Below are positions 40,308 through 50,101 of a stretch of 64,000 nt of DNA, in pieces. The position numbers were made by a program, and so were the translations under genes. The first letter of the stretch is position 1. Each line of letters opens with the position of its first letter. The notes under the pieces are model-generated. The model saw only the letters and a program-made list of their open reading frames with translations. It had not been told where the DNA came from and did not search any database. The DNA comes from Halorarum halobium (GTDB lineage Archaea > Halobacteriota > Halobacteria > Halobacteriales > Haloferacaceae), in NCBI RefSeq assembly GCF_032116555.1, contig NZ_CP134949.1, positions 2,790,001-2,854,000 on the forward strand, written 5' to 3'.

Positions 40308-40359
40308 ACGGCGGTGGGAATCGGAGAAGTTCGACCCGGTCGTCGACGGGTCCTCGAAC

Positions 40360-41877
40360 TCAGTCGTTCAGCCGTTCGCGGAGCAACTCGTTCACCGTCC
40401 CCGGGTCCGCCGAACCGCCCGTCGCGGCCATCACCTGGCCGACGAGAAAGTTGAGCGCGCCGTCGTCGCCGTCGTGGTAGTCCGCGACCGCGTCGGGGTT
40501 GTCGTCGACCGCGTCCTCGACGGCCGCGGTGACCTGGTCGTCGTCGGCCTTGCCGAGGCCCTCGCGCTCGATGACCTCGTCGGGGTCGAGTCCCTCGTCG
40601 AGCATCGTTCGCAGCACCGTCTCCTCGGCGTTCTTGGTCGTCACCTCGTCGGTGGCGACGAGTTCGACGAGGCGCGTGAACTCGTCGAGGCGGTCGGTCA
40701 CGTCCTCGACGGCCATGTCGCGGTAGTTGAGTTCGCCGAGCAGGTTGTCGGCGACCCACGTCGCCGCGAGGTCCGGGTCGAACTCGGCGGCGACCGCCTC
40801 GTAGAAGTCCGCGACCGCCTTGCGCGAGGTGAGCTTCGAGGCGGCCTCCGAATCGAGGCCGTACTCCTCGCGGAAGCGCGCGCGGCGGGCGTCCGGCAGT
40901 TCGGGGATGGGGAGCTCCGCCTTCCAGTCGGACACCTGGAGGGGCGGCAGGTCGGCCTCGCGGAAGTAGCGGTAGTCCTTCTCCTCCTCCTTCGAGCGCA
41001 TCGAGACGGTGTTGCCGTGCGTCTCGTTGAAGTGGCGCGTCTCCTGCTCGACGGCGCCGCCCGACTGGATGAGCCGGCGCTGGCGGCTCTCCTCGTAGGA
41101 GAGCGCCTTCTCGGCGCCACGGTGGCTGGAGATGTTCTTCACCTCGGTCCGGTTCGCGGACTCGAGCGTCTCGTCCGCGACGTCGCCGTCCGCGCCGACT
41201 TCGTCGGCCGGCACCATCGAGAGGTTCGCGTCGATTCGGAGGCTGCCGTCCCGCGAGGCGTCGAAGATGCCGAGGTACTCGAACACCTCCTCCAGCTTCT
41301 CGAGGAACGCGCGGACCTCGCTCGGGTCGCGGAAGTCGGGTTCGGTGACGACCTCCATCAGCGGCGTGCCGGCGCGGTTGTAGTCGACGAGCGTGTAGTC
41401 CGCGCGGTCGACGGAGGTGGTGCGGACGTCGAGCGACTCGGAGCCGTCCCGGACGTGCCGGAGGCTTCCCGGGTCCTCCTCCAGATGAGCGCGGCGGACC
41501 GTCACCGTCCGGCGCTCGCCCTCGTGGGAGAACTCGAGTTCGCCGTTCGCACAGAGCGGGGCGTCGTACTGGGTGATCTGGAAGTTCTTCGGCAGGTCGG
41601 GGTAGAAGTAGTTCTTCCGGTGAAAGCGGGTTTCCTCGGGGATGTCGGCCTCGAGCGCCTTCCCCACCTTGACGGCGGCCTCGACGGCGGCCTCGTTGAG
41701 GACGGGGAGCGCCCCGGGAAGCCCCAGACAGACCGGGCAGACGCGCGTGTTCGGGGCCTCGTCCTCGGCGGGCTCGGTCGAGCACCCGCAGAAGACCTTC
41801 GTGTCGGTCTCGAGCTGGACGTGGACCTCCAGCCCGATGACGGGTTCGAGGTCGGCCCGCTCGGCTGCTCGTGCCAT
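40360..41877 (-). CDS. gatB: Asp-tRNA(Asn)/Glu-tRNA(Gln) amidotransferase subunit B
   Basis: IGLEVHVQL, CPVCLGLPGALPVLN, RKNYFYPDLPK, DYNRAGTPLMEVVTEPD. Confidence 0.97.
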   Translation of the reverse strand: MARAAERADLEPVIGLEVHVQLETDTKVFCGCSTEPAEDEAPNTRVCPVCLGLPGALPVLNEAAVEAAVKVGKALEADIPEETRFHRKNYFYPDLPKNFQITQYDAPLCANGELEFSHEGERRTVTVRRAHLEEDPGSLRHVRDGSESLDVRTTSVDRADYTLVDYNRAGTPLMEVVTEPDFRDPSEVRAFLEKLEEVFEYLGIFDASRDGSLRIDANLSMVPADEVGADGDVADETLESANRTEVKNISSHRGAEKALSYEESRQRRLIQSGGAVEQETRHFNETHGNTVSMRSKEEEKDYRYFREADLPPLQVSDWKAELPIPELPDARRARFREEYGLDSEAASKLTSRKAVADFYEAVAAEFDPDLAATWVADNLLGELNYRDMAVEDVTDRLDEFTRLVELVATDEVTTKNAEETVLRTMLDEGLDPDEVIEREGLGKADDDQVTAAVEDAVDDNPDAVADYHDGDDGALNFLVGQVMAATGGSADPGTVNELLRERLND

Positions 41878-41995
41878 TAGCGCCGAGTTCGCGACGCCGG
41901 AGGTAAAGGCTAACGGGACGGCGTCCGGGTCGTGGCGGGTCGCGTGCCCGACCGGGGCTCGGTGCCGTCGTGAGCGGCGCGTTCGAACGGGCGAC

Positions 41996-42226
41996 TCAGC
42001 GCGCGTACAGCGTCGCCCCGAGCAGGTCGGCGAGTTCGACCGGGCCGGTCGGCGTGACGGCGACGTACGGGTGTGCGACCGGCCCGAACACGTCGACGAC
42101 GCGCCCGACCGTCGAGAGCGAGTCGTCGACGACCATCGTGCCGATGTCGCTCGGCTCCTCGTCCTCGGGCACCCGGAGGACGGCGAGCCCGCCCGCGGTC
42201 CGGACCACGTCGCCGACGCGGCGCAT
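41996..42226 (-). CDS. gar1: H/ACA RNP subunit Gar1
   Basis: MRRVG.V, VGRVVDVFGPVAHPY; coupled to srp19. Confidence 0.88.
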   Translation of the reverse strand: MRRVGDVVRTAGGLAVLRVPEDEEPSDIGTMVVDDSLSTVGRVVDVFGPVAHPYVAVTPTGPVELADLLGATLYAR

Positions 42227-42507
42227 CACTCGCCCCGCAGGATGGCGACGTAGGCGGCGACCGCCTGCACGAGGTCGTTCTTCGCGGTGTCCTCGGTGCC
42301 CGAGACGAGCACCCGGCCGCGCTCCTCGTACTCGCGCGAGTAGGTCCTGTCGCGCTCGATCTTGGCGTCGTAGCCGACCTGCTGGACCGCCTTCGCGATC
42401 TCGTCCACCGTCGGCTCCGCGACCGCCTGCTCCAGGGAGACGCGCCGCCCCGCCGCGCGGGTGAGCGCCGCGTCGAAGTACGCGGGCCAGAGGACGTTCT
42501 CGACCAT
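42226..42507 (-). CDS. srp19: signal recognition particle protein SRP19
   Basis: [31 protein letters not shown]. Confidence 0.92.
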   Translation of the reverse strand: MVENVLWPAYFDAALTRAAGRRVSLEQAVAEPTVDEIAKAVQQVGYDAKIERDRTYSREYEERGRVLVSGTEDTAKNDLVQAVAAYVAILRGE

Positions 42508-42601
42508 ACCGGAGAGGTGCGCGCCGCGCGGAAAAAGGGTGCTATCGACCGCGAGCGCGGTCGGCGTCGCGGCCCGGTCCGGCCGCGTCAGGGAACCGGG
42601 G

Positions 42602-42910
42602 TCAGTCGGCGTTGCCGGGCGCCCCACGGGGCGTCGGTGACTCCTCCTCGCCCGACTCGACCCCGTGGTCGAGCGGGTGGGGAGAGCGGAGGAACGCGAT
42701 GACGCTCCACATGACGCCCGTGAGGAGCGAGCCGACCGCGGACATCGTCATCCCGAGGGTGAAGAACGTCGTCCCGTACACGAGGCCGATGGTGGCCGAC
42801 GGCAGTGAGGTTCCGAGCGGGACGTTCGCCATCGAGTCGCGCAGGGTCGGCACGAGCACGACGAGCGAGAGGACGCTGCCACAGAGGAACACCAGGTCCT
42901 GCCACATCAT
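42602..42910 (-). CDS. small 3-TM membrane protein
   Basis: [11 protein letters not shown]...LVPTLRD...VPLGTS; hydrophobic. Confidence 0.7.
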   Translation of the reverse strand: MMWQDLVFLCGSVLSLVVLVPTLRDSMANVPLGTSLPSATIGLVYGTTFFTLGMTMSAVGSLLTGVMWSVIAFLRSPHPLDHGVESGEEESPTPRGAPGNAD

Positions 42911-42988
42911 CGGTCACCCGGGGTCGGGAGGGCTTTCTCGGCGGGAGGTTCGGTCATCGACGGGAACGAGTCGGCGGCCGGTGATAAG

Positions 42989-43010
42989 ACTTACTCGTTA
43001 TCGAGTAAGT
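42989..43010. promoter_or_regulatory. palindromic candidate operator
   Basis: ACTTACTCG-N4-CGAGTAAGT, a perfect AT-rich 9-bp inverted repeat about 80 bp upstream of 42910. Confidence 0.4.
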
Positions 43011-43168
43011 TCTTTCGTGACGGTCGTAGGCGTCAGTTACCGTCACGGGGAGCCGGAAGATTCCCCGACTACGTCGCCGCCGCGGACGGCTCGTTGTCGG
43101 AGCCAGTCGCGCCCGTGGGCAGAACCAGCGCTGGTTTGCCCGCGGCTACCGCGTCGTCTCGGCCGCGA

Positions 43169-43611
43169 CTACCCGGATCGCTCCTGCTCCCGTTCGCGCG
43201 CGTGATCCTCCACGTCCTCCAGCGATTCGTACTCGAGAAGCCGGTCGAGCTTGCGCTCGAACTGCTCGTCGGTCAACTCGCCGCGCGCGTAGCGGTCCCG
43301 GAGGGTCTCGATCGCGTCGCGGCTGGTTTCGTCCGGCTCGTCGGCGTCGTCGCGTTCGGTCGCGTCCTTCGACGTCGATCCGCCCCACGACCACCAGTCG
43401 TCGCCCCAGTTGTCCTCCCACCACTCCTCGACGTCCTCCTCGTCGCCGAACACAGCGCGACCAGCGGGACGACGACGACGTAGCCCAGCAGCAGCGCCGC
43501 CAGCCACCAGCTCTGTCCGGTGAACAGCGCGGCGAGCCAGATGCCGGTGACGACCGTCCCGGCGATCTCGGTCGCGTTCTCCCGGAGCCGGTCACGAGGT
43601 GTCGCGGCCAT
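43169..43611 (-). pseudogene. SHOCT-domain membrane protein, frameshifted near 43453
   Basis: MAATPRDRL...VVPLVAL in one frame; FGDEEDVEEWW...AIETLRDRYARGELTDEQFERKL in another; one base appears missing. Confidence 0.7.
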
Positions 43612-43697
43612 ACCGATGAGAGAGCGAGGACCGGGATAAAAGGGGATGCCGGTTCGCGGGACCGACCCCTGCACGGAGCCGCCTCCCGCGCGTGGTC

Positions 43698-44897
43698 CTA
43701 CCGCCCGCGGCGGGCCAGCAGCGCGCTCGCGAGCAGCGCCAGCGCGGCGACCGCCGCGCCGAGGCCGGCCGCGGTCGTCTCGGTCGAGTCAGGCTCGTCG
43801 GTCGGCTGGCTCGCCCCGTCCTCGGTCGGTTCGGCGGTGGGTTCGGGAGTCGGCTCGGTCTCGACGCTCACCTCGCCCCGGGCGACGAACTCGGCGTTCG
43901 CGGCCGCCTCGGGGTGGAACCCCTCCGTGAGGTTCCGCACGGCGTACACCACCGAACGCGGCGCGGGCTGGTTCAGGTAGTTCCTGTTCACCCGCACCGT
44001 CTCGTTGTTCCGCACGGCCGCGAGGCTCGCGTACGGCTCCTGTGCGGTGAGGTACGTGGTCGAGCCGGTGAGCACGAGGACCTCCGGGGAGAGCTGGACG
44101 ATGACCTCGTCGTTCACCTGCGGGTACGTGGTCGAGAAGTTCCGCTGGCCGGCGACGTTCTCGCCGCCCGCGGCCTCGATCATCGCGGAGATGAACGTGC
44201 CCGTGTTGGCGACGTAGCCGCCGCCGAGCGGGTAGAGCGCGGTCGGGCGCTCCAGGTCGGCCGTCGCCGTCGCGGCCGCCTCCACGTTCGCGTCCATCCA
44301 CGCGTTCGCCTCGGCCGCACCCTCGCAGTTACCCGTGAGCTGGCCGGTGAGCGTCGTCTTCTCGCGGACGTCCTCGATGGTCTTCGCCTCCGAGAAGTAG
44401 AAGACGGTGAGGCCGGCCTCGCGCAGCGCCGCGACCGTGTCGGCCGAGCTCGCGCTCGGCGCGAGCACGAGGTCGGGGTTCGTCCCGACGACCGTCTCGA
44501 CGTTCACGCCGAAGCCGGCCGCCGAGACGTTCGTCCGCGACTCCGCCCCCTCGAGGTAGGTCGCGAACTGCGAGAGCCCGACGACCTGCTCGCGGCCGCC
44601 GATCTCCCACATCGTCTGGGCGGCGCTCGGGTTGAGAGTCGTGACGCGCTCGGGACGCTCCTCCACGGTGACTTCCGTCCCCGTCGCGTCCGTCGCGGTG
44701 AACGGGAACGAACAGGACTCCACGCCGTCGTCGGTCCGTGCCGCGACGCTCCCGAGGCTCGACACGACCGCGGTCGCGTCGGTCGCGGTGGCGGGGCCGG
44801 CCGACGCGGCCGGACTCGCCGCGCCGGCGGCGACGGCCGGCGCGGCACCCGCCAGCACCAGGGCGGTCGCCAGCAGGATCGCTGTGTATCGTCTCAC
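43698..44897 (-). CDS. btuF: ABC transporter substrate-binding protein (BtuF-like, C-terminally anchored)
   Basis: GTG at 44897; [38 protein letters not shown]-terminal TM and basic tail. Confidence 0.8.
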   Translation of the reverse strand: MRRYTAILLATALVLAGAAPAVAAGAASPAASAGPATATDATAVVSSLGSVAARTDDGVESCSFPFTATDATGTEVTVEERPERVTTLNPSAAQTMWEIGGREQVVGLSQFATYLEGAESRTNVSAAGFGVNVETVVGTNPDLVLAPSASSADTVAALREAGLTVFYFSEAKTIEDVREKTTLTGQLTGNCEGAAEANAWMDANVEAAATATADLERPTALYPLGGGYVANTGTFISAMIEAAGGENVAGQRNFSTTYPQVNDEVIVQLSPEVLVLTGSTTYLTAQEPYASLAAVRNNETVRVNRNYLNQPAPRSVVYAVRNLTEGFHPEAAANAEFVARGEVSVETEPTPEPTAEPTEDGASQPTDEPDSTETTAAGLGAAVAALALLASALLARRGR

Positions 44898-44915
44898 ACC
44901 CGTTCGGTCCGGACA

Positions 44916-44941
44916 AGACAATAAATATTTACCTAAAGCAA
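44916..44941. promoter_or_regulatory. divergent TATA-box promoter region for btuF / btuCD
   Basis: AT-rich CAATAAATATTTACCTAAA, 20-35 bp from both start codons. Confidence 0.6.
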
Positions 44942-44955
44942 CCCACCTTGTCATC

Positions 44956-46053
44956 GTGCGAGTCTGGGGCCGGGCAGCCGTCGCCTCGGCGGGCCTGCTG
45001 TGCCTGCTGGTCGCCGTCGTCACGGTGAGCGCCGGCGTCGGCCCGGTCGAGGTGCCCGCGCGGAACGTGCTCGCGGCGATCGCGAACGCGGTCGTCGTCC
45101 CCGTCGGGTTCCGGCGGGTCGCGGGCGCCGCGAACGCGGGCCTCGCCGGCACCGGAATGTCGCTCGCGTACGTCCGTCCGTTCGCCTTCCCGGTCCCGGA
45201 CGTGCACCAGACGATCGTCATGACCGTCCGCCTCCCGCGCATCGTGCTCGGCGCGCTGGTCGGCGTCGCGCTCGCGGCCGCGGGGACGGTCATGCAGGGC
45301 TTCTTCCGCAACCCCATGGCCGACCCCTCCATCGTCGGCGTCTCCTCGGGCGCGGCCGTCGGCGCCGTCTTCGCCATCGTCACCCCGCTGGCGCTTCCAC
45401 TCGGTCTGGGCCTCCGCGGTGCCGCCTTCGTCGGCGCGCTGCTCGCGGGCTTTGGCGTCTACCTCGTCTCGACGCGGAACGGCCGGACCCCGGTCGCGAC
45501 GCTGCTGCTCGCGGGCATCGCCGTCCAGACGTTCCTCGGCGCGGTCGTCTCGTTCATGCTCCTCCGTTCGGGCGAGTCGATGGAACGGGTCGTCTACTGG
45601 CTCATGGGCCACCTCGACAACGCGACCTGGGGCGACGTGAGCAGCGTCGCGCTGGTCGTGCCGGTGCTCGTCGTCGTCCTGCTCGCCTACGCGCGGGACC
45701 TGAACGTCCTGCTGCTGGGCGAGGGCGACGCGAGCGCGCTCGGCGTCAACGTCGAGCGGAGCAAGCGCGCGCTGCTGGCCGTCTCGTCCGTGCTCACCGC
45801 CGCGGCCGTCGCCGTCTCGGGCGTCATCGGCTTCGTGGGGCTCGTCGTCCCGCACGTCCTCAGGCTCGTCGTCGGCCCGGACCACCGCATCCTCCTGCCG
45901 ACGAGCGCGCTCGCGGGCGGGACGTTCCTCGTCGCCGCCGACACGGTCGCCCGGGCCGGGGCCGCGGAGGTCCCGGTCGGCATCGTCACCGCCGCCGCCG
46001 GCGCGCCGTTCTTCCTCTATCTCCTCCGCAAGCGCGAGGTGTACGAACTGTGA
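44956..46053 (+). CDS. btuC: FecCD/BtuC-family ABC permease
   Basis: [36 protein letters not shown]. Confidence 0.88.
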   Translation: MRVWGRAAVASAGLLCLLVAVVTVSAGVGPVEVPARNVLAAIANAVVVPVGFRRVAGAANAGLAGTGMSLAYVRPFAFPVPDVHQTIVMTVRLPRIVLGALVGVALAAAGTVMQGFFRNPMADPSIVGVSSGAAVGAVFAIVTPLALPLGLGLRGAAFVGALLAGFGVYLVSTRNGRTPVATLLLAGIAVQTFLGAVVSFMLLRSGESMERVVYWLMGHLDNATWGDVSSVALVVPVLVVVLLAYARDLNVLLLGEGDASALGVNVERSKRALLAVSSVLTAAAVAVSGVIGFVGLVVPHVLRLVVGPDHRILLPTSALAGGTFLVAADTVARAGAAEVPVGIVTAAAGAPFFLYLLRKREVYEL

Positions 46054-46826
46054 TCCGGGCGCGCGACGTCTCGGTCGAACTCGGCGGCGAACGGGTGCTG
46101 TCGAGCGTTTCCCTCTCGGCGGAGTCGGGCGAACTCGTCGGGCTGGTCGGCCCGAACGGCGCGGGGAAGACGACGCTGCTGTCGACCCTGAACGGGACGC
46201 TCTCGCCCGAATCGGGGGGCGTGGAGATCAACGGGACCGACGTGGCCACGCTCTCGGCCAGGGAGGTCGCCCGCCGGGTCGCCACCGTCCCGCAGGACAC
46301 GTCGCTCTCGTTCGAGTTCACCGTCGAGGAGGCCGTCGAGATGGGCCGAACCCCCTACGTCTCTCGGTTCGGACGGACGACGCCCGCGGACCGCGACGCG
46401 GTCCGGACGGCCATGGAGCGCGCGCAGGTCGCCGAGTTCGCCGAGCGCGCCGTCACGACGCTCTCGGGCGGCGAGAAACAGCGGCTGCTGTTCGCCCGCG
46501 CGCTGGCCCAGGAGACGCCCGCGCTGCTGCTCGACGAGCCGACCGCGAGCCTCGACATCAACCACCAGTTGCGGACGTTCCGGCTCGTCGAGGACGCCGT
46601 CGCGGACGGGAAGGCGGCGCTCGCGGCCATCCACGACCTCAACCTCGCGGCACGCTTCTGTGACCGACTCGTCCTGCTCGCGGGCGGCGAGGTCCGGGCC
46701 GAGGGCTCGCCCGAGGCCGTGCTGGGCGACGACGCGCTCGCGGCCGCGTTCGGCGTGGAGACCGTGCTGAACCGGGATCCGGCCGTCGACGCGCCGCTCG
46801 TCACCGCGCTCTCCGAGGGCGAATAG
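46050..46826 (+). CDS. btuD: ABC ATP-binding protein (BtuD/FecE-like)
   Basis: [30 protein letters not shown]. Confidence 0.88.
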   Translation: MIRARDVSVELGGERVLSSVSLSAESGELVGLVGPNGAGKTTLLSTLNGTLSPESGGVEINGTDVATLSAREVARRVATVPQDTSLSFEFTVEEAVEMGRTPYVSRFGRTTPADRDAVRTAMERAQVAEFAERAVTTLSGGEKQRLLFARALAQETPALLLDEPTASLDINHQLRTFRLVEDAVADGKAALAAIHDLNLAARFCDRLVLLAGGEVRAEGSPEAVLGDDALAAAFGVETVLNRDPAVDAPLVTALSEGE

Positions 46827-47010
46827 GGCGGGCGGTCGCCGACGCCGACCGACTCCGAAACCGACTGCCGTGACGACCGGGTGAGGAACGGAGACCGAGC
46901 GTCACCGTCGGGACCGCTCGACCGAGTTCGGTTCCGTCCGGTCCGCGTGGGACGATGAAACCGCCCGGAGACGCCGTCGCTCCGGCGAACCAACAGTTTT
47001 ACCACGAGGT

Positions 47011-47043
47011 GTAAAGTACGCTTTACTGTAAAGGAAGCTTTAC
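47011..47043. promoter_or_regulatory. tandem palindromic operator, 2x GTAAAG-N4-CTTTAC
   Basis: Copies at 47011-47026 and 47028-47043, ending 7 bp before the ATG at 47051. Confidence 0.65.
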
Positions 47044-47050
47044 CCCTCCT

Positions 47051-49270
47051 ATGAGCGACGATCAGAACGCGGTCCACGGACGTGTCGAACCGATAGAATC
47101 GCACGACGGAGCCACGGACGATGACGGTTCCCGATCGGGCCGACTCACCCGGAGACGGGTGCTGGCGACGTCGGGCGCGCTGCTCGTCGCCGGGGTCGGC
47201 GGCGCGGGTCCCGCGGCCGCGGCCGGCAGCAGTGGCGGAAGGGTGCAGCCGCCGTCGGCGTCCGCGTCGCCGGGGCCGATCGACCCGCGGCCACCGGGCG
47301 ACGTGTCGCTCGAGAGCGTCGAGGCCGTCGTCGACGAGCGGATGGCCGACGTCGTCGAGAACGGCGACGTGGTCGGCGCGAACGCGGCAGTCGTCCGCGG
47401 CGGCGAGCCGGTGCTCACCGCCGGATACGGGGACACGAGCCTCACCGACGGCGAGGCGGTCGACGCCGACACGCCGTTCCGGGTCGGCTCGCTCTCGAAG
47501 CCGCTCGTCTGGACCGCCGCGATGGGGCTGATCGAGGCCGGAGAGATCGACCCCGAGGAGGACGTGCGGACGTATCTGGACGCCGTCCCGGTCGCCGACG
47601 GCGAGCCGATCACGATGGCGCACCTGGCGACCCACACGGCGGGGTTCGAGGAGCGAAACCAGGGGCTGTGGGTGAGCGACCCCAACGAGGCGCGACCGCT
47701 CGCGACGGTGCTACAGGAAGAACAGCCCGCCCGCGTTCGACCGCCCGGCGAACTGGCGTCCTACTCGAACTACGGGACCGCGCTGGCCGGCCAGGTCGTC
47801 GCCGACGTCGCGGCCCGGCCGCTCGACGAGTACGTCGAGGAGCAGGTGTTCGAGCCCCTCGGGATGGAGACGGCGGCCTTCGAGCAGCCGCCGCCCGACG
47901 GGAGCGCCGCGGGCTACACCGCCGCGCTGGGCACGCCGAGCCCGGCACCCGGGCTCGCGCTCGAACTGTGGCCGGCGGGCTCGCTGTGTGCGAGCGCGAC
48001 CGACATGAGCCGGTTCATGCGCTCCCAGCTCGGCGACGGCAGCGTCGACGGCGGCCGCGCGCTCACGGCCGACGGCCTCGCCCGGATGCAGGAACGATGG
48101 TTCGCCCACCACCCCGCAGTCGACGGGATCGGGTTCGGCTGGTTCGAGGACACCCGCGGCGACGTTCGGACGCTCTGGCACAACGGCTCCATCCCGGGCT
48201 CGTTCTACAGCCACCTGCTGTTGCTCCCGGAGGCCGACGTCGGCGTGTTCCTCGCCTACAACACGGACGTCGGCGCAAGCGCGGCGAGGGACGTGCTCGA
48301 CGGCGTCCTGTCGGAAGCAGTCGGATCGACGGAGCCGTCCGAGCGACGGCCGTCGGGGCGTCCCGAGCGAGCAGGGGCCCTCGAGGGCACCTACCGGGGG
48401 CTCCGCATCGCGGAGACGACCCACTCGAAGCTGTTCACGACGCTCCAGGCCGCCGAACTCTCCGTGAGCGTGGACGACGAGGGCTATCTCGTGACCCAGG
48501 CCGGCGGCGGACGGACGCGGTGGGTCGAGCGGGAGCCGCTCGTGTTCGACCAGGCCGACGGGACCGAGACGCTCGCGTTCGGCGGGTCGGACGACGAGAT
48601 CACGGACCTGTACGTCGGGTGGCAGGCGCTACGGCGTCGCTCGCGGTTCGAATCGCTCGGGCTCCACGGGGCGCTCGCTGCCGGGTCGGCGGTCGGGATG
48701 CTCGCCGGCGTAGTGGGGTATCCCGCGCTCGCCGGCTGGCGGTCGCTCCGCGGGAGCGACGGGGACGAGGCGGACGATGGAAGCAACGAGGACGGCGGCG
48801 AGAGGAGCGACGAGGACGGTATGGATGGGAGCGACGTGGACACGGCCGACGCCCGGGCGCAGAAATACTCCGACGGCGGCGAGTCCCCGACTCCGACCGG
48901 CGAACGGGTGAACGCCGGGGACGAGTCCCGGCTCGGGGCGCTGCTGGCGATGCTCGATTCCCCGGGCGTCGCCCGGTCAACGATCGGCGGCTCCATCGTG
49001 GCCATCCTGGCGTTCCTCGTCGGGGGGACCGCCGGAATCGTGGTCGATCCGACGCTCCTCTCGGACCCGCCCGGCTGGTACCGGGCGCTCCTGCTCCTGC
49101 CGGTTATCGCCTCGCTCGGAACTGCCGTCTCGCTCGCGTCCGCGACCCTCGCGTGGCGCTCGGGAACGTGGAGCCGGCGGTCGCTGCTCCACTACGGCGT
49201 CGTCGCGGCGGGGACCGCGCTCGCCTGCTGGTTGCTGTACTACTGGAACCTGTTCGGGACGCCCGGGTGA
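47051..49270 (+). CDS. Tat-signal serine hydrolase (beta-lactamase family) with C-terminal TM segments
   Basis: TRRRVL Tat motif, VGSLSK, YSN, HNG; about 4 C-terminal hydrophobic helices. Confidence 0.85.
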   Translation: MSDDQNAVHGRVEPIESHDGATDDDGSRSGRLTRRRVLATSGALLVAGVGGAGPAAAAGSSGGRVQPPSASASPGPIDPRPPGDVSLESVEAVVDERMADVVENGDVVGANAAVVRGGEPVLTAGYGDTSLTDGEAVDADTPFRVGSLSKPLVWTAAMGLIEAGEIDPEEDVRTYLDAVPVADGEPITMAHLATHTAGFEERNQGLWVSDPNEARPLATVLQEEQPARVRPPGELASYSNYGTALAGQVVADVAARPLDEYVEEQVFEPLGMETAAFEQPPPDGSAAGYTAALGTPSPAPGLALELWPAGSLCASATDMSRFMRSQLGDGSVDGGRALTADGLARMQERWFAHHPAVDGIGFGWFEDTRGDVRTLWHNGSIPGSFYSHLLLLPEADVGVFLAYNTDVGASAARDVLDGVLSEAVGSTEPSERRPSGRPERAGALEGTYRGLRIAETTHSKLFTTLQAAELSVSVDDEGYLVTQAGGGRTRWVEREPLVFDQADGTETLAFGGSDDEITDLYVGWQALRRRSRFESLGLHGALAAGSAVGMLAGVVGYPALAGWRSLRGSDGDEADDGSNEDGGERSDEDGMDGSDVDTADARAQKYSDGGESPTPTGERVNAGDESRLGALLAMLDSPGVARSTIGGSIVAILAFLVGGTAGIVVDPTLLSDPPGWYRALLLLPVIASLGTAVSLASATLAWRSGTWSRRSLLHYGVVAAGTALACWLLYYWNLFGTPG

Positions 49271-49594
49271 GGGCCGTTCCACGGGAGTGACAGTCGGAGC
49301 GCCGAGGCGGTGCTGGGCGACGACGTGCTCGTGGCCGCGGTCTCCGAGGACGAGTAGTGTTCGTCGCGCGATCGTCTGACGCCGGGGTCTCCGGTCGAAC
49401 ACGTGCCGACGGGGAGTACCGGACGTCAGCGGAGAGACGCCGAGAAGTAGCGTCCTACGGCCGAATTTCGGCCGCCATTGGCAAAATACTTGGGCGGAGA
49501 ACCTCTCGGTAGAGGTACGCGTGCATTCTCTCTCACCTGGCCGACAGCGAACCGCTCCCGCAACCGAGTGGCCCGAGGACACCCCGGGAGGACT

Positions 49595-50101
49595 GTGAAT
49601 CCGAGCCGCGTCGACTCGATCGTCGACCTCACGTACGGCCTGCTGATCGCGGTCTCGGTCAGCCTCATCATGATCGCGGGCAACGCGATCGGGCTGGCGT
49701 TCGGGTTCGGCGTCCTCATCTCGTACATCATCCACGTCGTCTGGAAGATGTCCCGGTTCGACCCGGACTGGATGACCACGGCGGTCAAGGAAACCGTCGA
49801 GGAGACCGTCGACGAGACCGTCGAGGAGAAAGTCGGTGAGACGGTCGAGAAGACTGTCGACGAGACCGTCAGTGAAACCGTCGAGGAAACCGTCGAGAAG
49901 ACGGTCGACGAGACCGTCAGTGAAACCGTCGAGGAAACGGTCGGCGAGACGGTGGAGAAGACTGTCGACGAAACCGTGGAGGAGACGGTCGGCGAAACCG
50001 TCGAGAAAACGGTCGAGGAGACGCTGGAAGAGCAGTTGGCGGCGGCCGAGAAGGAAGAGGAGGAGGGAGACTCCGACACCAGCCCGGACGAGGACGGCTG
50101 A
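49595..50101 (+). CDS. membrane protein with 20x (E/K)TV(E/D/G/S) repeats
   Basis: GTG at 49595; 2 TM segments, then 12-bp repeats at 49790-50029. Confidence 0.75.
   Translation: MNPSRVDSIVDLTYGLLIAVSVSLIMIAGNAIGLAFGFGVLISYIIHVVWKMSRFDPDWMTTAVKETVEETVDETVEEKVGETVEKTVDETVSETVEETVEKTVDETVSETVEETVGETVEKTVDETVEETVGETVEKTVEETLEEQLAAAEKEEEEGDSDTSPDEDG

Noticed and set aside
44898..44955. Cobalamin riboswitch before the btu genes
   Set aside because: The intergenic region is only 58 bp and is filled by promoter elements.
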